From Spirochaetaceae bacterium (lineage in GTDB: Bacteria > Spirochaetota > Spirochaetia > DSM-27196 > SKKC01): a DNA stretch of 64,000 nt. A program made the translations under genes and the position numbers. Below the pieces are notes generated by a model. That model had not been told where the DNA came from. It saw nothing but the letters and a program-made list of their open reading frames with translations, and made no database searches. Shown here piece after piece: positions 26,885 through 36,027 of this stretch; position 1 is the stretch's first letter; each line of letters opens with the position of its first letter. Location of the stretch: contig SKXQ01000086.1 of NCBI GenBank assembly GCA_007128315.1, positions 13,086 through 77,085 on the forward strand. Direction: 5' to 3'.

Positions 26885-29173
26885 CTGTCCTTTTACCAGG
26901 CTGACCGTAATCTCCCGAGCATCGGAACCCGCCCGAATGGTCACCGAGCAGCCGTGCTCCGACTCAAGATACAGTTCCACAAGACGACGATCACGGACAA
27001 TGCCGTCGGCGAGCACCGCTCCAGGCAGACGCACACGTGAAAACGCAAGGTCCGGTATGGCCGCGGGCAGTGTGTCAGCAATGTGGTACCCGCTGAGGGT
27101 GTACAGGTCAGTCGCCTCCCACCAGCTGGCGTCGGTTCGTACGATGAGCTCGATGACAGCCGCGCTGAAACCAAGACACGCTTCCAGCTGCATTATATCC
27201 GGCCGTCCGTCGAGTACGGTAAGGCCGGGACTGGTGGCATCGTGTGTCGTCGCATAACCTTCGTTCGTAAAAAAAGCCATGAACGTCTGCAACATGTGAA
27301 ACGCGGCATCGGATGAACCACTGTGACTGTGCAGGATGGAAGCCCACGGAAAACTCCAGCCTGACCATTCACCGGCTCCCAGCCGCACCCAGCGTGACAA
27401 CGCACGTCGTGTGGCATCGGCGTCGACACCGTCTGTATCGATGGTCTGAAGGGGCCATATTCCGGCCAGATGCGAATGGTGCCGATGACTGTGCGGAAGA
27501 GGCACATCGTCAAACACAAAAATCTCAGTGTCTTCCACCCCGGCACGTTGAGTCGACGCGTATTTCGGGAGCGCTCCGGCGTCAAGATTCTTAGCGAACG
27601 CGAGCAGATCGTCCAGATCAGGCACGCGCTCATGAAGAACGGCTCGGTCCTTCATGTCACACATCCGCTCCACGAAGCGAAGATCCCTCGCGCAGGCGTG
27701 TATGGCAGCAAGCTGATAGGACGAGTTTACACCCCAGGCGTGTTCACCTGCTCCCCCGAGCTCAGGGGACACACTCACCTCAAATCGATACACGCCAGAT
27801 TCGTCGAGGCGCAACAATGCTCTGGACACACGCAGGACCTTGCAGAGAAGCGGCGCCGCAAGATCACGATACAGTACACAACTATGAACGTAGCGGCAGT
27901 ACTCCATGAGGGTATGCATGAGCCAGGCCGTGGACCCGTGATCGATACTGCCTGTCCAGAACCCCCCCATACACGCACCCTTGTCGTCGATCGCGTGCGG
28001 CAGATGATAACCATCCTCAACACCTGCAAGAAGACGTGCGTAGTTCCTCGCGGCCTGCTCGTGTTTGAGCACAAAGTCGACGAGTGGTTTCGCCGCACTC
28101 ATGCAGTTTCCCGCGAAGGCGGGCCAGTAACACTCCTGTATGTTCACGTTGAGATGATAGTCACCGGACCACGGTGGCATTCGATGGTCTTCGATCCACG
28201 GCCCCTGAAGGCCGGTCGCGTCAAATCCTTCGACACTGCTTGCGCCGAGGCGATACATACCCATGAGATACTGCCGGTCGAGCCTCTGGTACCCCGTCCT
28301 TACCATTGCGCTCTCCGTCCAGAAACGGTGCCAGTAGGCTCGTGTCGACTCCGTCAGATCCGTGAAGTCTACTGCCCGGCTCAAGCCCTTGCCGGCGGCC
28401 GTAAGCGCTTCTCCCTCGGAATCGGCGATGGCGCAGGAAATCTGTGTCAGGACGACACGACCTTCGGAAGCCCCGGACATGCGACTCGCATTGGTGCTTA
28501 TCCTGTCGGTATAAATGTGCACGCCAAGAAAGGCACCATCAGGTATGGACTGAACCCAGCGCACATCCGAGGAATCATTCTGGACGATCCCCGGCGGTTG
28601 GAGTCTCCATGCCGCGGTCGCGTATGAGTCAGAACCTGACGGTGGGTTGCTCGGGACAGTATCGAACCTGAGTTCGAAGTCTCCGCGCGACTCAACGAGT
28701 ACGACCGCATCGCTTCCCTTCATGGATAGCTGCATCGTACACGTCTGCGCCGTCTTAACGTCAGCCAGGACGATCTCTGCCTTCCCTTCCGGTAAAACGA
28801 GCGAGATCGACTGAACACAGATCTGTTCGGGCATGGTGTAGTCAATCCGTCCCATTGGAAGGCGCGTCGGTCGCGCAGGAACGTCCCCTGAATCGGTCTT
28901 CCGAAACCGCTGTATTACCTCGGACGCTCGCCCGGACTGAAGCAGATTGACGATTTCGGTATAGTTCATGCCTTCGTTCCAGACGAGAGCACCCCGATGA
29001 TCCCAGTAATCGCTGCGGTTGAAGGTCACGTGAATGGTATTCGCGTCCACCCAGACGAGGGCACCGGCAATACCGTTGCCGAGAGGAACACCTGCATGTA
29101 CCGACGGCAGTCGGGCAGGAAACGGAATACGGAACACATCGGACTGTAAAAGGTCGTGTCGTGTTGTCTGCAT
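26867..29173 (-). CDS. Cytoplasmic GH95-like glycoside hydrolase (alpha-L-fucosidase/galactosidase family fold)
   Basis: 768 aa with no signal peptide. The motif PWSGDYHLNVNIQECYWPAFAGN matches the GH95 catalytic-region signature (DYHxNxNxQxxYWP). Confidence 0.65.
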   Translation of the reverse strand: MQTTRHDLLQSDVFRIPFPARLPSVHAGVPLGNGIAGALVWVDANTIHVTFNRSDYWDHRGALVWNEGMNYTEIVNLLQSGRASEVIQRFRKTDSGDVPARPTRLPMGRIDYTMPEQICVQSISLVLPEGKAEIVLADVKTAQTCTMQLSMKGSDAVVLVESRGDFELRFDTVPSNPPSGSDSYATAAWRLQPPGIVQNDSSDVRWVQSIPDGAFLGVHIYTDRISTNASRMSGASEGRVVLTQISCAIADSEGEALTAAGKGLSRAVDFTDLTESTRAYWHRFWTESAMVRTGYQRLDRQYLMGMYRLGASSVEGFDATGLQGPWIEDHRMPPWSGDYHLNVNIQECYWPAFAGNCMSAAKPLVDFVLKHEQAARNYARLLAGVEDGYHLPHAIDDKGACMGGFWTGSIDHGSTAWLMHTLMEYCRYVHSCVLYRDLAAPLLCKVLRVSRALLRLDESGVYRFEVSVSPELGGAGEHAWGVNSSYQLAAIHACARDLRFVERMCDMKDRAVLHERVPDLDDLLAFAKNLDAGALPKYASTQRAGVEDTEIFVFDDVPLPHSHRHHSHLAGIWPLQTIDTDGVDADATRRALSRWVRLGAGEWSGWSFPWASILHSHSGSSDAAFHMLQTFMAFFTNEGYATTHDATSPGLTVLDGRPDIMQLEACLGFSAAVIELIVRTDASWWEATDLYTLSGYHIADTLPAAIPDLAFSRVRLPGAVLADGIVRDRRLVELYLESEHGCSVTIRAGSDAREITVSLVKGQSVRIV

Positions 29174-29235
29174 GGAAGCCCATATATTAGCGCGGCTTGC
29201 AGCGCTGTGCTACTATAGGCTCCGCAGATTGTACC

Positions 29236-31458
29236 ATGAGTGATACACAGAACATCCCGAAAACGTACAGCACACCCGTCAAGCTCCGGGGTCGGCGCCA
29301 GTTCACCGTGTTCGCCGTTTTCAACGCTTTCAGCTATCTCCTTCTCTCAGGAAACATACTGACCCTGTTTCTCCTTCGACTTGAAGTGAACCGAACGATC
29401 GTCGGTCTCGTGTCGAGCTTCCTGTACGTCTCGTTCTTCTTCATGCTTGTCGGGAAGAAGTTCGGCATACACCTCGGTGCCGTGCGGCTCTTTGCACTTG
29501 GATGGACGCTGCGCTATATATCGGTGATTCCGCTTATCGCAATACCATGGTTGCACTCAGCAGGCTTCTATCGGGCCATTCCCGTCGTCTTTGTGCTTTC
29601 CACGCTCGCGTTCAACGTATTCCGGGGAGCTGGTCTGGTCGGGCAGAGCCCTATCCTCGGCGAGCTGTCCTCCGGTTCCGACCGTGGTGCGTTTCTTTTG
29701 CGATTTCAGATCATCGCGAACGTGATTGCCGTGTTTGCCGGGCTGCTCATAGCTGCCATGCTTGGTGACAGCGCCCCGCTGAGCCGGTACGCTGTTTTCA
29801 TTGCATTCGGTGTCGGCTTCGGCCTTATTGCGAGTGCCGTGGTTGCCCGCGTTCCGGAGCCACCCGGTGTACAGGAGGGTGCGTCGGAGCGTCTCGCCAC
29901 CGCGATACGCCGAGCCTTCGCGGATTACCGTTTTCGCCGTTTTCTGCTGGCCTTCGGCTCGCTGGCGATGATCAGCGGCGCAGCCCGCCCCTTTCTTATT
30001 GTGTACGCACGGGAAGTGTACGCACAGACCGACAGTGCCGCAATCGCGTACGGCGTCATCGGGAACGTGGGGGCTATCGCGATGGGGCTGTTGATCAGGC
30101 TCATGCTTGATCGGGTCGGTGCAAAACCACTGATCATTGCAACCGTCCTGACCGCGCTCGCCGGCTACGGACTCGCAATGCTCTCACCGGCCGCGACCGG
30201 GTTTACCATCGTTGCCGTTCTGTCGGTGATCTTCTTTATATCCTCGTTCGGATCCGCCGGGGCGGAGTCCTGCTCCCAGAGTTACTACTACGCAATGCTC
30301 AAACCAGTTGATCAGATGAACATGGGAATCATCTATTTTCTGGTACTCGGTATCGGTGGCAGCATCGGCTCCTTCGGCGGCGGAGTAGCCCTCGATATTC
30401 TTCATTCGGTGACCGGAGGTTCTGACCCGGTTACCGTCTACCAGTGGTACTATGGTGGTATATTCGTCGCGGTTGCGATTCTCGTTTTGCTGTTCAGCCG
30501 CCTTGAACGTCTCGGAGCCTACTCTTTCCGTGGCACGATAGGCGTGTTTTTTTCCATCCGTGATCTCAGGACAATGACGCTCCTCGATCGCCTCGACCGT
30601 GCTTCCGACCTCGATCATGAACGCTCGGCGATACGTGGCCTTGGTGGTACCGGAAGCCGGTTCGCGCGCGAAAGCCTTTTGAAGAAACTCGAGTCGCCCA
30701 GCTACGCGATACGCAGCGAGACACTGACCGCGCTCGAACGGCTCCCGTATCACCGCGATATCGAGCAGGCCCTGATACAGGAACTTGGTGACCATCCCTA
30801 TACAACTGCCTCCCTGGCCGCCCGCATACTGGGTGGCTATCCCGGACGACAGTCGATCAAGGCTTTGCGCGAAGCCGTCTACTCCGACGACTACGTTCTC
30901 TGCGGCGAAGCAATGACGGCGCTCGGGAGACTCAACGATAAGTCGGGAAGTCACCGTGTTGAAATGGTCCTGCGCCTGACTGACAACCCCTACCTGGTAA
31001 TACGGGCGACGGAAGCGCTTCGTCTGCTTCGCCAGACGGGTTCAATCACCCTCCTTTTCAGCGCACTGGCAGGCGATGATGTGCCTGAGTACCTGAGAGA
31101 TGAGGTAATCCTGGCGGTTGCCGACCTCATCGACATACACAGCTGGTTCTACACTTTATACGTCCGGTTTCTCGCGGACAGATTTGACGCAATCGAGTTT
31201 CTCCGGGAGCGAATCGGGACGAAACCCGACAACGGCGTGCATCGAATCCTAGACCATCTCCTTGATGACGCCCGCGAGTTTGCCACAGGCGCTGCCACGA
31301 TTCTGAGAACCCGCCCCGACCGATACGCGTATGGCGAGAAACTCGCGAACATCATTGAAAGCGAACGAATCTATCGATTCGAGCGTGTTCGATTTCTCTT
31401 CGGTGCCGTGATATCCGACTGGCCAAACGAGTTGACGGACAACGAACGAACACTCTAA
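29236..31458 (+). CDS. MFS transporter fused to a C-terminal cytoplasmic HEAT-repeat domain
   Basis: About 12 hydrophobic helices in the first ~440 aa. These are followed by ~290 aa with repeated HEAT/PBS-lyase-like units (AIRGLGGTGSRFARESLLKKLESPSYAIRSETLTALERL; LCGEAMTALGRLND; VIRATEALRLL). Start placed at ATG 29236. Confidence 0.75.
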   Translation: MSDTQNIPKTYSTPVKLRGRRQFTVFAVFNAFSYLLLSGNILTLFLLRLEVNRTIVGLVSSFLYVSFFFMLVGKKFGIHLGAVRLFALGWTLRYISVIPLIAIPWLHSAGFYRAIPVVFVLSTLAFNVFRGAGLVGQSPILGELSSGSDRGAFLLRFQIIANVIAVFAGLLIAAMLGDSAPLSRYAVFIAFGVGFGLIASAVVARVPEPPGVQEGASERLATAIRRAFADYRFRRFLLAFGSLAMISGAARPFLIVYAREVYAQTDSAAIAYGVIGNVGAIAMGLLIRLMLDRVGAKPLIIATVLTALAGYGLAMLSPAATGFTIVAVLSVIFFISSFGSAGAESCSQSYYYAMLKPVDQMNMGIIYFLVLGIGGSIGSFGGGVALDILHSVTGGSDPVTVYQWYYGGIFVAVAILVLLFSRLERLGAYSFRGTIGVFFSIRDLRTMTLLDRLDRASDLDHERSAIRGLGGTGSRFARESLLKKLESPSYAIRSETLTALERLPYHRDIEQALIQELGDHPYTTASLAARILGGYPGRQSIKALREAVYSDDYVLCGEAMTALGRLNDKSGSHRVEMVLRLTDNPYLVIRATEALRLLRQTGSITLLFSALAGDDVPEYLRDEVILAVADLIDIHSWFYTLYVRFLADRFDAIEFLRERIGTKPDNGVHRILDHLLDDAREFATGAATILRTRPDRYAYGEKLANIIESERIYRFERVRFLFGAVISDWPNELTDNERTL

Positions 31459-31469
31459 CGTGGGCAGAC

Positions 31470-32453
31470 ATGGACACGTACACACCGTCTGATATTCATG
31501 CGAGTGTCGGGCAAATGATCAGCAACATTCGAACAGTGATTTCCATCGATCAGAAAAAGCTCGAATACCTTGTAGCTGCTTACATGGCAGGAGGGCACGT
31601 TCTGCTCGCGGACAGTCATGGGGTTGGTAAGACAAGCCTCGCACGAGCTCTCGCCGGGAGCATCGTCTGGGACCGCCATCGATCCGAAGCCCCCATCGAT
31701 ATGGATGACTTTAACCGTGTGCAGTGCACTGTTGACCTTCTTCCACAGGACATCATCGGGTATAACCGTATCACTGCCGACGGAAGCACTCTCTCGTTTA
31801 ACCGTGGTCCGATCTTCAGTCACTTCGTTCTCTGCGACGAAATAAACCTGCTTACTCCGAAAACCCAGGGCAGTTTCTTCCAGGCGATGGAGGAACAGGA
31901 GGTTTCAGTCGAGGGTCAGACATATCCCCTGACCGATCCGTTCTTCATTATCGCGACGATGAACCTGAAGGGAGCCCACCTGTTTCCGCTGCCGGCACCA
32001 CAGCTGGACCGGTTCATGGTGCAGCTCTCCATGGGGTATCCTACAGACGAGGATGAAGCCCGGATCGTACGCCAGCATGGACAGACCGACTCCTGGACCA
32101 GCTTCCGTCCCGTTGTGCGGTGGGAAGAGGTGCGTGCCTGGAAACAGGCCGTTGACGATGTCTACATCCACGACGAAATCATCACGTATATCGTGTCCTG
32201 TGTCAGGTCGACACGCGCGCACACGGATGTCGCCGTCGGAGCAAGCCCTCGAACCGGGGTGAAAATCTCGCGTCTGGCACGGTCTCTCGCCCTTCTTCGC
32301 GGACAGGACTTCGTGACGATAGATCTGGTAAAGGAGATCTTTCCAGCAGCGGTGACACACCGACTTGTCATGAAAAACGCTGCAGGAAAAGCCGAAGATG
32401 TCATTCGCGATGTACTGACCGACGTGAGCGCCGAGGGTATTCCGGTACGATGA
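31470..32453 (+). CDS. MoxR-family AAA+ ATPase
   Basis: Walker A ADSHGVGKTSLARAL and Walker B FVLCDEINLLTPKTQGSFFQAMEE. The 327-aa length and the C-terminal lid are typical of MoxR. Confidence 0.9.
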   Translation: MDTYTPSDIHASVGQMISNIRTVISIDQKKLEYLVAAYMAGGHVLLADSHGVGKTSLARALAGSIVWDRHRSEAPIDMDDFNRVQCTVDLLPQDIIGYNRITADGSTLSFNRGPIFSHFVLCDEINLLTPKTQGSFFQAMEEQEVSVEGQTYPLTDPFFIIATMNLKGAHLFPLPAPQLDRFMVQLSMGYPTDEDEARIVRQHGQTDSWTSFRPVVRWEEVRAWKQAVDDVYIHDEIITYIVSCVRSTRAHTDVAVGASPRTGVKISRLARSLALLRGQDFVTIDLVKEIFPAAVTHRLVMKNAAGKAEDVIRDVLTDVSAEGIPVR

Positions 32454-33790
32454 GCTCGTTCATGCAGACGCTGAAGAGGAGCCAGACCGCAGAGCAGGTA
32501 CGGAAATACTATCCGTTCACCGTTCTCGGTTCATTTGTCATTATAACGGGAATCTACATGGCCGCGCGTGGCCGTACAACAGACGATGTATATCAGAGCC
32601 TGACAGGCATTCTCGCTGTCCTCCTTCCATGCACGCTTACGGTTCTTTCCCGCGTTCAGGCGGTCCGTTTTTCGAACACTGAATGCACCTGGATAATCCG
32701 GGACGAACTCTCCTGCTCGCTCATACGGCCGACGACGGAGGGAGATGTATCGCTGTCGATTCCACGTTCTACAGCGTGGCTGTTTTTTCGCATACACGTC
32801 CGGGTATCCGGTATGCTCTCGGCTTCGGACACGATCCTGTATCACGTTCTCGAAGAACGTATGGCCGTTCGGGCTGATCCACTGACGCTGTTTCTGAACC
32901 TTCCCCTCGCCGGCGTACTCAGACTCAGGGGAAACACCGAGATCCGGGACCTCTTCGGATTGACCCGGGCGGGGTTCGGCAGGTCATTCGGACAGACCGT
33001 CTGTGTCAGGCCACAATTACCGGGCCGACCGCAGATCACTCAACCGCAGGTTTCGTCAGGTCAGTCGGAGACAGACAGGACTCGCAATCCGGATGAGACG
33101 CGCTATTACATGCGCGAGTACATTGCCGGCGATCGCGTGCGCGATATCAACTGGAAGGCATCCCAGCGCTTTCGCTCCTTGATTACCCGCATTTCACCCG
33201 AGACCCGGAACAAAGAGACCACCATCACGATATATCTGCGACACTTCGGTGATTCACGCTTTGACTCACTGCTTGCAGCCGTTCACCTGACCTACCTCTC
33301 CGGCTGGCTGTTATCGTTCGTCCGTACGCTGCTCGCAGCGGATGACAGCCTCAGGTTCAGGGTTATCACTGCAGACGGGGTGATTCCCGTCGACGATCCG
33401 CCTGCAGCCGACCGGCTGGCGTGCACGCTTGCCGGGATTTCGCTGCGACCGGAACCGCCAAACCTGCCAGTACAGACCGACGACAGACTTGTCGTTTTTT
33501 TTACCACTCCCTTCGACACGGATACGCAAAAGGCTCTGGCCCGACATCCGGGCGTACCGGTGACGATCTTTTCCACCGGATATTTTCAGTCGACCGGAGA
33601 ATCCGAACTGTGTTTGACCGAGCCTCTCGCCGTTTCGTTTGACAGCCGGCTAATCCCGGTAAACACACGTGCGGTCCGTCTGATCGAACCTGAGATGCAA
33701 TCAGGTCGAACGACAGGCGCGGTGTTTCTCGAGGAAGTTCTGCTCAGTGTGCAAAGGGAGACCGGCGCGGTTGAGAGGGATACATTATGA
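32450..33790 (+). CDS. DUF58-family protein (MoxR partner)
   Basis: DUF58 signature YMREYIAGDRVRDINWKASQR. N-terminal TM helices. ATGA overlap with the moxR stop. Confidence 0.8.
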   Translation: MSSFMQTLKRSQTAEQVRKYYPFTVLGSFVIITGIYMAARGRTTDDVYQSLTGILAVLLPCTLTVLSRVQAVRFSNTECTWIIRDELSCSLIRPTTEGDVSLSIPRSTAWLFFRIHVRVSGMLSASDTILYHVLEERMAVRADPLTLFLNLPLAGVLRLRGNTEIRDLFGLTRAGFGRSFGQTVCVRPQLPGRPQITQPQVSSGQSETDRTRNPDETRYYMREYIAGDRVRDINWKASQRFRSLITRISPETRNKETTITIYLRHFGDSRFDSLLAAVHLTYLSGWLLSFVRTLLAADDSLRFRVITADGVIPVDDPPAADRLACTLAGISLRPEPPNLPVQTDDRLVVFFTTPFDTDTQKALARHPGVPVTIFSTGYFQSTGESELCLTEPLAVSFDSRLIPVNTRAVRLIEPEMQSGRTTGAVFLEEVLLSVQRETGAVERDTL

Positions 33791-36027
33791 AACGGAGTAT
33801 CTTTTTCAGCAGAATGATGCTGTATCTTGTCGCCGTCAGCGTTCCCGTCTTCCATCCCGGTGTTGTTGTCGGGTACAACGCAGGCGCAGCGATGATCTGG
33901 TTTGCTCTCGTTCCGCTTCAGATGCTGACGGCGTGTTTTGCCGCGCCTCCGCGACTTCGCTTCGGGGTATGGATAACGCTCGGCATGCTGCCCGTCGTAG
34001 TGACGGGAGTGTTCATTGGACTCCACGCGTCCCCGATTCTGCCGGTGTCGGTAGGACTTGCGGCGTTTTTTCTTACCGCCGCACTTTTTCATCTGGGATC
34101 GCGGTTTCGCTGGCTCTTTATCGTGGAGCAGGCGAGTCTCGCAATACTGTACTACCGCATGCTGAATTTTTCCCGGGCGAGCGAGTTCCTTGCCATGCAG
34201 TCGGCGACTGCAACACAGTTCATTCTGGGGCTTCTTGTCTTTGCATTCCTCCTGCACGGTGCAATCATTACGACCTACCTGGGAAAAAGCTCGCGAAATA
34301 GTAGCGAAGATTCACGGCGGAGAGACCGTTTGCCGCGCATTCTCGTCGAAGGCACGCTGTTCACCGGAGTTGCCGCCCTGTCTCTCTTTGCGCTCGCCTG
34401 TCTGCTTCCTCAGGATTTTATCGTTCATAATCCGGTGATAAACCTTCTCGGCAGGCAGGCGGAACCACCATCCCGATCACTCGACGATGTTGCACGGGAA
34501 CTGCTTGATCATCGGAACGGTGGTTCTGATCAGGGCAGGAGCCGGAGTCCCGAAGGCGGCGAGTACGGAGGAGACTCGTCCGATTCGAGTGGCGACGGCG
34601 ACGAGTACGAGCTTTCGGGCATTCCGTCCGAGGACTGGGGAACCGGAAGTGGAGGAACAGACGAGCAGCGGGCAGTGCTTGTAGTCGCCTCGCAGTTTGA
34701 GCCGGTCTACGCCGCGGACGGGTACCGGGACCGCTTTGATCAGGAACACGGCTTCGTTTCCGTCGAAGAACAGGCATTCAACGAACTCGTGCATCGACGA
34801 CTCGCCGGGACCTGGCAGAACACCTCGATTGGTCGCGATCGCGGGCGCACGAGTGTCGAAACAGCCTATTACTCTACGTTCCCCGACCGCGTTCTACCCT
34901 ACCTGCCGGTTTCTGCTGAGCCAACGGTGTTTCAGCCACGATACTATCCGTTCTCCTACTCGTATCGAGGCGTATCGCGGATACAGAACTCGCCTCCACA
35001 CGTCCTGCGACGAGCTCCCGACCTGAGTCCCGCGGAACAGGATCAGTTCTCCTCATGGACAGGGATCGAACTCGAGCCCGAGCATCGTGCCGCATTTCAG
35101 AACCACATCGATGAACATATACCAAGCGTTCCCGGGAACCTGTACGAACGGGTTCTATCAGTTCTTCAGAGCTTTCGTGGTTTTCAGTATGAGCTCGGCT
35201 TTGAGGATGACTTTTCTCCGGCTCATATGGCTAACTTCGTTTCGTCGACCCTCTCCGGTGACTGCGTTGAGTTCTCCAGCACCGCGGCAATTCTGGGCCG
35301 CATGCTCGGAATACCTTCCCGGGTAGTTACCGGTTATCTCGCCGCTGAGAGTCTTCAGACCCCAGCCCACGACCGGGGCCTTGCTGTCCTGCAGAACAGT
35401 CTGCCCTTCCTGCAGGAATATTCTCTTAACGATCTTCTGCTGGTAACGACCAGCCACAGGCACGCGTGGGTACAGTTCTGGATTCCGGGATTCGGGTGGA
35501 CGGACTTCGAACCGACCAGTTACGCTATCCCGCCCGAACCGGGAAGCGATCCGAATGAACGCAGAGTTGTCATCCCGATCATCGATCCACGAGATCCTCC
35601 CCCGCAGACGGCAATACCCTGGTCGGAGATCGCACGAGGGATCCTTCGTCTCGTTGTGGTCTTCGTGACGCTTCTGTACCTCTGGCGTTACGGAATGGAA
35701 GGCTATCTCGTGCTTCGCTCCCGGAGCCCGAACCGTGGAGGTCTGCGGGCGCGATACCGTCTCCTCCTCATGAAACTCGCCTCGGACGGGCTCCGTCTCA
35801 AACCGCGGTCAGCGACGATCCTCGAGTATTCGAACACGTATCCCGAGCTTCGCAGGTTCGCGCTGCGTTACGATTCAGCGATGTATGGAAGACCTTCACA
35901 GGATCCGACGGTGCTGCGCGAATCGATACGGATGGAATACCGGACTGCACGTTCAGCTCTCAAGACACGCGGACTCCGTGCGGTTTTGCGACGTCTGTTC
36001 AGTCTGCGAGGTCTTCACTATGCATAG
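33787..36027 (+). CDS. Polytopic membrane protein with transglutaminase-like cysteine protease core
   Basis: N-terminal multi-TM region, then an acidic/Gly-Ser linker. The TGase core has an intact Cys-His-Asp triad (LSGDCVEFSSTAAILGRMLGIPSRVVTGY; HRHAWVQFWIPGFGWTDFEPT). ATGA overlap with the DUF58 gene. Confidence 0.8.
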   Translation: MKRSIFFSRMMLYLVAVSVPVFHPGVVVGYNAGAAMIWFALVPLQMLTACFAAPPRLRFGVWITLGMLPVVVTGVFIGLHASPILPVSVGLAAFFLTAALFHLGSRFRWLFIVEQASLAILYYRMLNFSRASEFLAMQSATATQFILGLLVFAFLLHGAIITTYLGKSSRNSSEDSRRRDRLPRILVEGTLFTGVAALSLFALACLLPQDFIVHNPVINLLGRQAEPPSRSLDDVARELLDHRNGGSDQGRSRSPEGGEYGGDSSDSSGDGDEYELSGIPSEDWGTGSGGTDEQRAVLVVASQFEPVYAADGYRDRFDQEHGFVSVEEQAFNELVHRRLAGTWQNTSIGRDRGRTSVETAYYSTFPDRVLPYLPVSAEPTVFQPRYYPFSYSYRGVSRIQNSPPHVLRRAPDLSPAEQDQFSSWTGIELEPEHRAAFQNHIDEHIPSVPGNLYERVLSVLQSFRGFQYELGFEDDFSPAHMANFVSSTLSGDCVEFSSTAAILGRMLGIPSRVVTGYLAAESLQTPAHDRGLAVLQNSLPFLQEYSLNDLLLVTTSHRHAWVQFWIPGFGWTDFEPTSYAIPPEPGSDPNERRVVIPIIDPRDPPPQTAIPWSEIARGILRLVVVFVTLLYLWRYGMEGYLVLRSRSPNRGGLRARYRLLLMKLASDGLRLKPRSATILEYSNTYPELRRFALRYDSAMYGRPSQDPTVLRESIRMEYRTARSALKTRGLRAVLRRLFSLRGLHYA

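Noticed and set aside
27470-28627. 385-aa ORF antisense to the GH95-like gene
   Set aside because: Same reasoning. It has no recognisable motifs and an aberrant composition, and the opposite strand carries the GH95 signature.
35885-36019. Upstream extensions of track ORFs (35885, 40680, 47938, 50926, 63324, 22394, 20717, 16194, 29197, 5521, 55995)
   Set aside because: In each case an internal start gives a proper signal peptide or family N-terminus, usually with a GGAGG-type RBS. The extension overlaps the neighbouring gene or removes all promoter space.
31470-36027. Calling the MoxR-DUF58 cluster a Bat (Bacteroides aerotolerance) operon
   Set aside because: No vWA-domain (BatA/B) or TPR (BatC/D/E) proteins follow. 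A transglutaminase-type membrane protein follows instead, so only the generic MoxR-DUF58-TGase label is justified.
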